NCBI GenBank assembly: GCA_051294905.1
Contig: CM119372.1
Coordinates: 25,918,001 to 25,982,000, forward strand
Reading direction: 5' to 3'
DNA length: 64,000 nucleotides
From: Botryllus schlosseri
Taxonomy: Eukaryota
In this document: piece by piece, positions 1 to 10,780 of the stretch
Numbering within the stretch: the first letter of the stretch is position 1
How the letters are laid out: the number at the start of each line of letters is the position of its first letter
Notes under the pieces: generated by a model
Databases searched by the model: none
Seen by the model: only the letters and a program-made list of their open reading frames with translations
What the model was told of the DNA's origin: nothing
Made by a program: the position numbers and the translations under genes

Positions 1-245
1 CTGTATCCTTGATACCTTTTTCCATCTGGCGAAAATCTTGGTGGAATCTCTCTCCTTGTTATTCGCTGTAATCACCACAGTTGACTGGAAAATGATACTA
101 ATGAGAAGTCAGAAAGTGCATTTCACAGGCATGTGCTCCAAGGGATTGAAGTTGTCAAGCAGCTCTTTGACCTGTGCTTCGTAATCAGGGCTTCTATGCT
201 GTCCGTGGAGGTTTAAAATGACTACTCGAAAAGCTGCTGCAAGGT
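1..245 (-). pseudogene. Decayed DDE transposase C-terminal fragment, Chapaev3 (CMC)-like
   Basis: Manual minus-strand translation with frameshifts and stops gives ...HGQHRSPDYEAQVKELLDNF..HMPVK/HFLTSH*YHFPVNCGDYSE*QGERFHQDFRQMEK/YQGY. This matches the recalled Chapaev3 motif K.HFL.SH...FP.N.G..S.E.GERFHQD...ME.RYQG. It runs off the window edge. Confidence 0.75.
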
Positions 246-478
246 CAAGTGCCCTGCTCTCTCTCTCTCTCCTTTCCGTTATAGAATATTACCACATCAC
301 GTGACTTATATTCACCGTTGCTATAAAACCGAGTGCATATCGTATATTGCTCATTGAGAATCTGAGACTTATGTGTAATACAAAACCTACTGTTTGATTT
401 ATCCGTACAATATGTCTGGAAAAGGCAATGGTCGTCTGTTGAACTGCTAGTCAAGAACTCATTCGTCAGGAAGTTCGA

Positions 479-628
479 CGGCCGCAGCTATTGGACACGA
501 CAAACGTTCTATATGGTGCCCGAGTGAAGATATACAGCGAGTCCGTTGTCTACGGATAGCGCGTTACAAATATACTCAAACTGCGGGACACCATATAGAA
601 CGTTTGTCGTGTCCAATAGCTGCAGCCG
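479..628. mobile_element. ~150-bp MITE-like inverted repeat
   Basis: 479-521 (CGGCCGCAGCTATTGGACACGACAAACGTTCTATATGGTG-CCC) is the near-perfect reverse complement of 585-628. No clear TSD. Confidence 0.65.
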
Positions 629-806
629 CATAGGAGATACGAACGGCATGCCCACTGCCACTACCCATGGTCATTTTTCTACTGCACCCACGTGTGCAGT
701 GAATCCTACTTCTTTGATCAGTTCACAGATCTGTGGCCTATGCTCAAAGGTGATATTAATCCTGAATCTTCATTACAGTATACTATAATACAATACAATA
801 TACTAT

Positions 807-1105
807 ACTTTTTTAGAGACGCCCCCTTTTTGATAGTTGAACATTTCGCGCCCCCTTCTCGTGATATTACGGAATATTAAAGAGAGAAATCAGATTGCTA
901 GCAATCCCAACGGATAGTTTGATGGCATTGAAGGTTATGGCTATTGAGGAGAGAATTCTCAAAGATGAAATTTGTACAATAGACAATACACACTAGATAT
1001 ACCAGGATGTAGGAGTAAATCGCGCCAGGCGCGAAAAAATTTCAGTTAACAGCGACTTCCCGCCCCCTTCAGATGCTTTCGCGTTCCCCACTTTAAGAAC
1101 CACTA
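807..1105. repeat. Partial hAT-type non-autonomous element
   Basis: It ends in TTTAAGAACCACTA (TIR-like). The interior is homologous to 53660-53838 (inverted) and 53850-54033 (direct). The left end is not resolved. Confidence 0.5.
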
Positions 1106-2080
1106 TACTAGGGAATGGTCTTCGTCATAATTGAAATATTTTCTAAACTTTTCATCAAAGCATCATTGCTAAATCCTCTTTATGACGTGACAAATCTCGA
1201 TCGCATAACGCTGAAAGCTTCAGTTTTCGGAAATTCAAATGCAACTTGCCAAAAATCCAGACCTGATTGAAGAAAACGGATAACAGTTTTTGATTCAGCA
1301 TCAAAATGTACACCAACAACCGTCAATACTTAAGCAACCTCAAAATTAACGCAGCGCAGTGTTATTACAATCGGAAACACCATGAAGGCCACAAACAGCG
1401 ATAACGCAGACTATGTAAGTAGCCATCACATATCACAATTTAACGTATCTATGGATTGAAATTACATAACTGCTACATCAGTAAGAGAATATATTGCTCC
1501 GCATTACGTTTTGGACATCGTTACTATACAATTCATACAACACTGTCCGTTGCCGAAATCTATGGCGCGTTTCCAGTGTTGGGATGACTCGAGTAATGAC
1601 TTGACTCGAGTCAGACTCGAGCCAACCTTTTCATATGACTTGACTTGACTCGAGTCACTTTGCAAAAATTACTTGACTTGACTTGACTCGGCGCTTCAGA
1701 AATGTGGACTGACTCGTGACTCGGAACAAAATTTACGAGTCAATTTCAAGTCATCAAGTAAACGGTGTCGATTAAATCACCCTATATGCTAAATATGTTC
1801 TGATTGTTTGCGATAGCCGGTGTGACTTGTGAGAGCAACCAGTCATTCACTGACTGTACATTTCACTGATCCTCGATTGTTACATATCAAATAAATTGAC
1901 CGCGGACGAGACGATCACAGCTTATGTCGCCGTTGTAGATTAATCTAACAGCAATGTATCTTTGTTTCTAAGACGACTCAGTGATTAGATTACATCGAAC
2001 GAACATTGTCCACGCGTATATAATTACACTGATGTGTTGTAGATGGACGTAGTGAATTCACCATATCGATTTGTTTAAAC

Positions 2081-4789
2081 CGGTGGTTCTTAACCTTGCC
2101 GCCAGCGCCCCCTAAGGGGTGCTGGCGGGACGAAAACGCTCAGGGGGCGATATGGGGGGCACTGGGCCTAGGGGGGCGATAAGGGGGCGCTGTAGAAAAA
2201 TGGCTTCGCCGTAGATCATGTGGTAGTAGGGCATATCCTTAATGAGTATTCAGAACAAATTAACATACCACAAAACATATCAAATCCCGAAATTTCTGGT
2301 CCCGCTACCCGAGGATGTTCACTACATATGTTTTCATGAATGTAGTCGGTTATTATGTCTCATTAAAATGAATTGCGCGTACTTTTAGATCGCCAATTTT
2401 CCATTATTTAAAACACTTTCGTCACACTTGCTAAGGTTATTTTTAACAAAATGTTACGCATTAAGTAGTAATATATCCCGCAGCGCACAGCGTGTGAAAA
2501 TCGAAGAAGGAGGCACTGTATATCACTTTTGACAGTGAGAGACCGTTGTACATAAAATAAGTTTTAAAACTTTGTGCACGAAATGAATAACTAAATATAC
2601 TTGTATTTGAGAGCTACAAAATTAAATCGTCAGAATATTTTTTCATCGTATCGTAAAGCATGATACTATCTCGTGTTGTGGTTCACATAGGGATGGTGTG
2701 AACGCGAGGTTCACGTTCGCGTTCTGTGTGTGAACCTCGGAAAATTTGAGGTTCGGGTTCACAACAGAACCTTGGTAGGTTCTGCACTGTGAACCTTTTT
2801 CATATATTGCAATTTTCACTTCATTATAACATCTTTGGTTCAAATTTATTGACTGTCAACTGCGCGCCACTGGAGCTAGCAGCATAAACATTCAACACTA
2901 AACGAGCATGCCCTTGACAATCTCAGAAAAATTACTTGTATTTTTACAAAAGTTTGCTCGAAATATCCAGCTTTCCGTTTGTGCACATTTAGTGTCTCTG
3001 TGCTGTGAGCTTGACCCGCAATCACATGACATCAAGAACGAAATACACTGTATTTTGTCGGCGAATGATCCTTATTCAACCAATGAATGAGATTGATATC
3101 GTCTTCTGATGTAAAAATCTAGCAGGCGTACGGGGTCAATCTTGACTACATATGTACACTGTATCATAAAAACCAAATCCGTGCGACTGGGGTATTGGCT
3201 ATACTGCTGCATAACTTGTTAATGGGGTAATGTCGGTAGCAAATACAGAAACCCATTTTACACTCTGCTCAATATCCATGTGGCAATACTCAGACGCTGA
3301 ATACATTGTCCGATCAGGTCGAAATTGTTGGCAAAGCGACGCAAGATACTGATTTTATGGGATTATATTATATCATTTGATTGCCTCAGTTGATACATTT
3401 GGCGACGTTTAAAACGTCAATATGTACTCAAGTACTGAGCTATTATGTGGCCCCGAGTCGTCGCTCGGTATCGTGTACAGTAGATTAATATAGGCAATCA
3501 CTTAATTGAAATATGGGGTTGAAATTAGCAATATGACGTCACGTGACGTCATGAGGTTCACGTTCGTGTTCACACAGAACCTTTCAAAAAGGTTCACGTT
3601 CACACGAACCTGAACCTTTCAGAGGTTCACACCATCCCTAGGTTCACAACCTCACATGAACGTTATATAATATGATTGCTATGTTTGGAATACATTCGTG
3701 TTAAAATTAATAACTGGGTACAGTACTAAATTATAGTGAGCGGATATAAAGCGCGAAATATTCCCAATACCGAAGTCCCAAACAGACCGACTGAACTTTA
3801 ACCTCTTACCAAGACCGAAACTGCTGCAACCCAAACCCCAATCGGTAAGCTAGAAGGGTGCCCTGAACTATTTCGGTGAATGAACATAAATTAAACATCA
3901 TGTTTTGACGACTGGCTCACGGAAGAATACGCATAATTATAGAAAATGGAAATTGGCATTTAGGCGTCGGCCATTACCACGCCACAATGCACGAAGACAT
4001 ATGAAGTTCCGGTGAATATGGGACTCCGAGAAGTGTGTCAAAACGATCGCCAGCGAGAAAAATTTAGCCGAAGTGGATTGCCCTTATGTTGAGTGTAAAC
4101 TTCGATATAAATAAGTCTAATTGTCCACAGATGCTCAAATCGGTCGTGCCAAATTATCATGTCGTCGCAATCTGCACCCCACAGGACAAATAACACCCAT
4201 CAGAGAAAATTGTTTGCCAGTGACAAAACACCAATTTTGGATCGTGTGCTTACTTTAATTTAATACGTTTATCCTTTTCAATATCTTTTGACTATATAGC
4301 ACACAAGAGGTAACAAAATAACATGTAACTATTTAATTGTACCAACGGGCACGCCCGAATATATTCAATCATTAATTACGTGGCCTTCATTTTCCAATAC
4401 AACAGCTCACTCAGCGCTACTGGTAAATCTGATTACGTGGGCTGAGAGGAGAAAAAGTTTATAGGGACATATATAAGCAATTACAACCTATTTCATTCAT
4501 GCATTTTGGAGAATTTTGGCTCCTAGTGCGACCATACCACATAAACTTTGCTGACCATCGAAATCAGGCGACGGGGTTCTTGGGGGGTGAAGCCCTCATG
4601 AGTTTGGTTGTTCACGCTATGGGTGCCCAAGACAATCGTTTTAGGGGGGCTGTCGAAGTGCTGTTACGGCCCACCCTCTCTCCCATTGTCTACAGTCCTT
4701 ACAATATGAGGTGGGGGGGGGGGGGTGGGCGCTGGAGCATGATAATTTGAGAAAGGGGGCGCCGGAGGAAAAAAGGTTAAGAACCACTG
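2081..4789. mobile_element. Non-autonomous hAT (Buster-type) element, family B copy 1
   Basis: TIRs C(G)GTGGTTCTTAACCTT...AAGGTTAAGAACCACTG; TSD GTTTAAAC (2073-2080 / 4790-4797); near-identical copy at 21653-23395. Confidence 0.92.
2688..3640. mobile_element. hAT MITE family C copy 1 (nested in B1)
   Basis: TIRs TAGGGATGGTGTGAAC...GTTCACACCATCCCTA; TSD GGTTCACA (2680-2687 / 3641-3648). The empty site is visible in the B2 copy at about 22249-22256. Confidence 0.95.
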
Positions 4790-4815
4790 GTTTAAACTTT
4801 TCGAGGCTTGTGTTC

Positions 4816-5219
4816 TAGGGTTACTATACGTCCTCTTTTAAGAGGATTTGTCCTCTTTTTTGACTTTTTTGAAAGTGTCCTCGAAGGACGCCCTTTTGTC
4901 CTCTTTTTTGAGATTTTGTCCTCTTTTTTGAAAATTTAGGTGATATTTAGAGCAAAATGCGAGTGATATGCCATAAATTAGCCCAGAAGTGACGCTCCGG
5001 CTAGGCGAAAAGTTGATATTTTTTTAGTCAACCACCTAGCAACGTGGAGAGAAAAGCGGTATTTTGAGCTCTGAGCGAAAAGTCGACTTTTTTTTTCTAT
5101 TCAACCGATCACAAAGTGGGAAAAATTCACCGATTTTTGAGAATTCTTCTCCGGTGTTGCAAGTCTCAAATTTCTGAAAAAGTGTCCTCTTTTTAGATTT
5201 CCAAAATATGGTAACCCTA
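4816..5219. mobile_element. hAT MITE family D copy 1 (nested in A)
   Basis: TIRs TAGGGTTAC...GTAACCCTA; TSD TTGTGTTC/TTGTATTC; GTCCTCTTTT subterminal repeats. Confidence 0.88.
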
Positions 5220-6916
5220 TTGTATTCGATCCTCTATTTAGGCTGATAATAACAACTGTAGCATGTTGCTATACAATTACTCACGTATTTTATTGGCAGT
5301 TATACGTGTGCGTGACCGATACAACGCCTTTATGCAAGTATATTTAACTTCATATTCATTGTTCGATTCAAGAGAAACGGCCAATTAATCTGTCTTTCAC
5401 CCAGTTAGCAAAATGTAATGACTCTGCATCATCAATCCTACTTCGAAAATTCAATTTGACTTGAATTGTGACTTGACTCGTGACTTGACTTGACTTGACT
5501 CGACTTGACTCGAGTCACCTCCAAAAAACGAGTGACTTGACTTGACCCGAGTCACCTTCGAAAATCGATTGACTCCACCTGATTCGAGTCAAATTGTGCA
5601 ATGACTCGAGATGACTCGTGACTCGAAGGTAGTGACTTGATCCCAACACTGCGCGTTTCACTGTGCTGCGATTGTCCGATTGTTAGTGTATGGTGAGTGA
5701 GGCACATTCGATTGTCCCTCACTTGGCTATTGTTTTTCTGCACTGCCATTGTTCGTAATAAAGCCGAATTTCCCATTCATCGGCGATTTTGAGGGGTTGC
5801 AGTGCTCTAAGATGGTTAATTTCCGGATTTTCAGGATCGGGCCGGCAGATACTAGATACCAGTTATTACGAATTTTGAGCAGTTTGTGATGAATTTCATT
5901 GTTGCAGGTGAGGCATAGCCCGTCCGTGCCTGACTTGTGCCTCACCTCTCCTTAAGTCCTGTATTTTTGAACAATAAATATGAAAATTGGTGATGTTGGA
6001 TGAAAGAAATATTCAAATTTAGTTATTCATGGACATCGAAGTCATAAAGGTTTTCACAATTTACTCTACTCATCCAGGCGACAGGTGAGGCAGTGCCTCT
6101 CTTCAGTCTCTTGCCTTCCCTGACCGCACGTCACTGCATGAGTACCACAGATGTCTCATTGACTACAACATCTATTGAAGAAAATAACGTGAATAAATTG
6201 ATTGGCTACTGCTTTTGGTCTCTCTGCTTTACGCCTAAAGTTTATAGTAAATACGATTTATTCTTTCTATATAGGTGGATGAATCGATTCAGGAATCCGG
6301 CCCGCCGACTGTAAAAGTTTTCCGCCCCTCATCTAGTCCAATTCCGTCCAAAATGAAATTCCTTTTCGTATTGCAATAGTAGTGGGACTTGGCGGTATTC
6401 CAGAAGTAACAAAGTAGATGGCCGATTTATATTAGGTCAGCTTTGCTGGCTACGTTAACTAGAAGTTGTGAGATTTGAAAGTTCTTCAATCAACGCATGT
6501 TTAATCAAAACGTAAGGATATTTAGACTCAGAGAGAATAAGACGTTTTTTGGGCAGCGGTTATAAATGAGTCTACGAGTTCTCGCAGTTCTCGCGTTAAT
6601 TACTCGACAAGCGATATAGTGACCTGACGTCATGGCATGCATTGCGTAATCGATAGCTGAAGCAACATCATGGCATGTGCTGTACGTTTTGATAATAATC
6701 CTAAGTCCAATTCAAGGTGGCAGATTCAACTGCAGTATAATACAGAGATGGAAAGATGCCTCACGATTCAATTTCTTCGGTGAATAGCCAGCGTTAGCAG
6801 TGAAGAACAGACCAGTAATTATAGTAATTTGAACAAAGGAATATCATTTAGCCTAATATAATATATGACTGCATTCACCCAATCCTACTGGGAGAAATAT
6901 AATGTTGACACTGAGA

Positions 6917-8969
6917 CAAGGGCGTAGCCAGAAAAAATATTTGGGGGGGGGGCGAAAAATTCGATGAAGTAAATGCCCCCCCCCCCTTAAAGATAAGGAA
7001 AAAATAGGTAAAATCGATGGACTTGGGCGCTTATTGGATGATTAACACAACATCTGGGGCGGTCGTTACATATATTCCACTCACAGACGGATGTGATCAA
7101 ATGATGATTGTGGAAAACCAGGACGACAACACTTTCGCGCGAAGCGCGAAAATTTTTCATGGTTAATGAATGAAATTGGTTCATTATGTTGGTATTTGCA
7201 TATTGCAAATACGTTTTCATTATCAGATTTACCGGCAGGGCTGATAGAAGTGGTGGTCATCAAACATTCAGCGGGCAATTAATTATACATCTTAAGCAAT
7301 ATGTTCATACCACACGGCAAGACTATTTAGAGTTTCTAGAGCAGGGTGGCCAAAGGGCCACATGAGACTTACGAATCATTGCGTGGGCCACTTGAATGGT
7401 GATGAGCTTTTTTAGTCTTCCGATAGGAGCGTACCGGATAATAGGTAACGTTGAAAACAATACTTATATTAAACGCATCAAAATCAATAACAATTATGAC
7501 ATGAAGACTTGGTGTCGATCCCCGACCTAGCCGCGCGAAATATTGTACATTATATAGTCATATACGACGATCTGCGAAAATGTGGCTGGCCCCTGGCTAC
7601 GCCAATGCGTCGGAACTCGGAACTGATATTTTAGTCGGCAAAATCCCAAATTTCGCGGTCAGGGTAATCAAATTTTGGTTATTCGGTTTTGGTGATTTAT
7701 TTTTTGATAATATTAGTAATTTAGAGAATGAACCCGCGGGCCTCTCAAAACCTTCTCGCGGGCCATGGGTTGGCCGCCCCTGTTCTATAGAGGGTGGACG
7801 CCAGACGAGACAGTTGTCATTTATTGCTGTTACTTGATGACTTGCGTAGAATGCTGTCACCACTCAAGAGATCGAGCACACGCAAGGTCGTAGCCAGAAA
7901 AACAATTTATTTGTATTTTGTTTGGGGGGGGGGTTATGACTTTAGGGGATCTCTCCCGTGGGAACATCTCGCAGAACCGTACATCCTGCCATAGGCAATT
8001 TCATCACTACCCTTTATACATACGATTCTTAGACGCACACACACACATACTCTATGGAAGCTTCCAGTTGCCAACTATATAGCTTGTATTAGGCGGTCGT
8101 TGCACGGACGAGCCCAAATCGCTGACATAAAGTGATGAACAATCAGTGTGAATTTCGGCCCTAGTCGCGCGGAGCATAAATGTTTTTTGAAAAAATGAAA
8201 GAATTTGATCAATAATATTGGTACGTCTATATGAGCAAGTGGTGTCCATTCTTATTACTCCGTTGAAGCACGGTTTGGGCGTAACCTCTGGTAGAGATTG
8301 ACGCTACTTTAAAGATTGAAATCGCTGATACATACCAGACCAAATTAAAAAAACTCCTTTGATCAGACTCGTTCAATTTCAAATTAGCAATTTTTAACGG
8401 GAGGTGGTGATATTTTCCTGTGCCAGTTGCGTTTATGTTGGAGGGGTCTGATTGCAGGGACAGGATCATTAGGTGCCAGCCATTTAAGCACCCGAAAATC
8501 TATATCGAAGGCTTCGGAATACAGTCATGGGTCGGTTTTATGGTCGTCAATCATTTTGGGAGCGCACTTTGCGGAGTCGCATGTAGCCTACTTTATATAT
8601 CTTCGTGTGTCCCGGAACGGAAGTTGCCGGAGCTAACAGTCCCCAACCCCCATACTGAACTGACACTCCTACAGATTCAATCAACCCAACGACCTCAGGC
8701 TACTCTAGTGCATCTACTGGTACGGTTGTATTCTCATAATTGAGAATGCAGCTAAATTCAATAATGGGTATTTGCGGAATAATTGTTTTTCGTGATACCG
8801 ATAATAAAATCAAGACAAGAACGGACACTAAATCGCGCGAAGCGCGAAGAAAAATTTTAGGTTGCATACATTTGCCCCAAAATACTCTAATATCTATTGA
8901 TTTTACGAAAATTTTCAAAAAATTTGGGGGGGGCGACCGCCCCTTTCGCCCCCCCTGGCTACGCCAGTG
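6917..8969. mobile_element. Non-autonomous DNA element(s) with CA.GG.CGTAGCCAG...CTGGCTACGCCAGTG ends
   Basis: Two left ends (6917 and about 7883), each followed by a poly-G tract, and one right end (8955-8969). Pairing and superfamily are not resolved. Confidence 0.5.
7342..7782. mobile_element. hAT (Buster-type) MITE
   Basis: CAGGGTGGCCAA...TTGGCCGCCCCTG; TSD TTCTAGAG/TTCTATAG; homologous (inverted) to 19608-20311. Confidence 0.8.
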
Positions 8970-9436
8970 CACTGAGATATTGAAAAATTATCATGAGACA
9001 CAGGATAATGCGTCCTCCGGATAGGTTGATGCGGTTTACACACGTGCGCCAGTTAAAATCTGAATAGTTAGGTGAGAATGCGGAATTCACTTGGACGGAT
9101 CACGACGGCATTGCTGAAATAAATATTTGTTTGCTAAAATCTCCGACCAGACACTGTTACTGGGGGCTACGAAGGAGCGGATCCACAAATTTCGAAATCC
9201 GAAAGAACTAGGCTTAGTTGAAAATTCCTGTTAAATTTACACATATTCTATTACATTATGCTACTAAAACGTTAATTATACTACGTCTACTCTTGAATGT
9301 ACGTCGTTCGACGCAATTTTATAAATCCCAACCAGTCCGAATATGATAAAAGTCAATGGAATCACTCCTGCTCATGAACTGCGAATCGCGAATATTTCGC
9401 TCATCGTTTTGTTTGCTTATGGTGTGAGGGGGAGTT

Positions 9437-9556
9437 GTGACGATGAGCGCCTGCTACCCTGGCGGCCCAAGCTCGATTCCGCGTCGGAGGTTTAACTGGG
9501 CTTTCACTAATCTCACAGCGACTAAAAAGCCCAGAATAAAACCCGGATTAAACAAC
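9437..9556 (+). repeat. Degenerate tRNA-derived SINE-like sequence
   Basis: CGCCTGCTACCCTGGCGGCCCAAGCTCGATTCCGCGTCGGAGG resembles a tRNA 3' half with a B box (GGTTCGATTCC-like). It is followed by the hairpin CTGGGCTTT...AAAGCCCAG. Confidence 0.4.
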
Positions 9557-9659
9557 GCACTCACACGGAATGGAAAAAGCAAGAAAGAACCGCGGAATAG
9601 AGACCAACAACGAAAAAAACCGTGACATCGGGCACTAGGTCGCGGTGGATGCGGCATGG

Positions 9660-10669
9660 ATGGACAATAAACCGCTAACCATATTACAAAGGAATTGCCG
9701 TAGTATATATAAAAAATTGCCGGAGTTCAAGCATTTTCTATCGACCCTAGATCACAAACCAGATGTTATTCTTTTTCAAGAGACTCACCTAATCGACAAA
9801 TACACTCCGAAATTACGGGGTTGTCGGCTTTTCCGACGCGACAAGACGGTTCACAAGGGTGGTCTGGCAGCTTTTGTTGCAGAATCTCTGAGTTGTCACG
9901 AGGACGTTTCCGTGGCATCGAATTGCTTCGAGTTGATGTGCCTGAGACTTGCCAACATAACTATATGCAACGTCTATATACCTCCCGATTGCACTTTGCG
10001 CCAAGACGACCTCTCTTTCTTGTCATCTTTAGAGTCGCGGTCACTCATTTGTGGTGACTTTAATGCTCACCATTGGGCATGGAGCCATCGCTCAAACCAA
10101 CGGGGTAACCGACTTTATGAGTATATTGACAGGTATAACTTTGTTTTGCTCAACACTTCGCAACCGACGAGAATCAACCTATCCGCAGATGCCATACATC
10201 GCTCATCCCTGATTGATTTAACCCTTGCGTCACCAGACATTGCGGCTTGTTGTCACACCAGCGTGTCAGCTCACCTCATTGGCAGCGATCACTTTTTCAC
10301 TTTTTAGTGTCCACGACATTTCATTGCAATGTGGCACGTTCGTCTAAAATACCAAGATGGTGTTTTAAAAAAGCCAACTGGCTGGATTTCTCGCAGAACG
10401 TGGACCGTGCCCTCAGCAGCCCTATGCCGGAAAATGTACAGCAACTCAACACTGCTCTCACAAATACCATAGTCAATTCCGCCAAAATCACAATTCCCCG
10501 GACGCGAAACACCAACAAGATCCCTGTGCCTTGGTGGAATAAGGACTGTGAACGGGCCGCTCGACGCAAGAAAGCTGCATTCCTGAAAATGAAAAGATCA
10601 TTCAATTACCGTGACGTGATCTGCTTTAAGCGACTGCGGTCGGAATGCCGCAAAATCATTCTGACTGCA
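9660..10669 (+). pseudogene. Outer LINE ORF2 5' part: AP-like endonuclease and linker (frameshift near 10300)
   Basis: Motifs LQRNCRS, FQETHL, CNVYIPP, CGDFNAHH, IDLTLAS, GSDHF, then PWWNKDC. It ends ...RKIILTA at the insertion site. Confidence 0.9.
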
Positions 10670-10780
10670 CACATTCTGTTTGAGACGTCGTCGCGTACGC
10701 ACGTCTTTTTCAGCCGCTCAATTCGTAAACTACGAGATCGTAAATTGCCAGAGTGATTAGTGATCGAGGGCTAGGGTTTG

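Larger units (their letters stand above)
1574..5651. mobile_element. Non-autonomous hAT element (family A), host of three nested insertions
   Basis: TIRs CAGTGTTGGGAT...ATCCCAACACTG; 8-bp TSD CGCGTTTC (1566-1573 / 5652-5659); GACTCGAGT/GACTT subterminal repeats at both ends. Confidence 0.9.

Noticed and set aside
1581..1730. Short spaced repeats (GACTCGAGT/GACTT; also GTTCAC, CCCGGGAT, GGATT and CCGGA arrays elsewhere) superficially like CRISPR arrays or iterons
   Set aside because: They are irregularly spaced and have no unique spacers or cas genes. They almost always lie just inside TIR/TSD-bounded ends, so they are transposon subterminal repeats.
5727..6314. Short ORFs and splice-like signals (e.g. 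TTGCAG|GTGAGG) that might be exons
   Set aside because: I could not assemble a consistent spliced frame or any recognisable protein motif.
7591..7607. CCCTGGCTACGCCAATG as the right TIR of the element starting at 6917
   Set aside because: It lies inside the TSD-bounded MITE 7342-7782 and aligns with the interior of the sister copy at about 19785-19820, so it belongs to that family.
9437..9657. tRNA-like head as the 5' promoter of the outer LINE (a Pol III-headed LINE)
   Set aside because: The TSD ATGCGGCAT places the LINE boundary at 9658, so the tRNA-like sequence is pre-existing flank.
10247..10756. 169-aa ORF, and the 152-aa ORF at 15975-16433, as independent genes
   Set aside because: Both are chimeric read-throughs across the LINE-in-LINE junctions.
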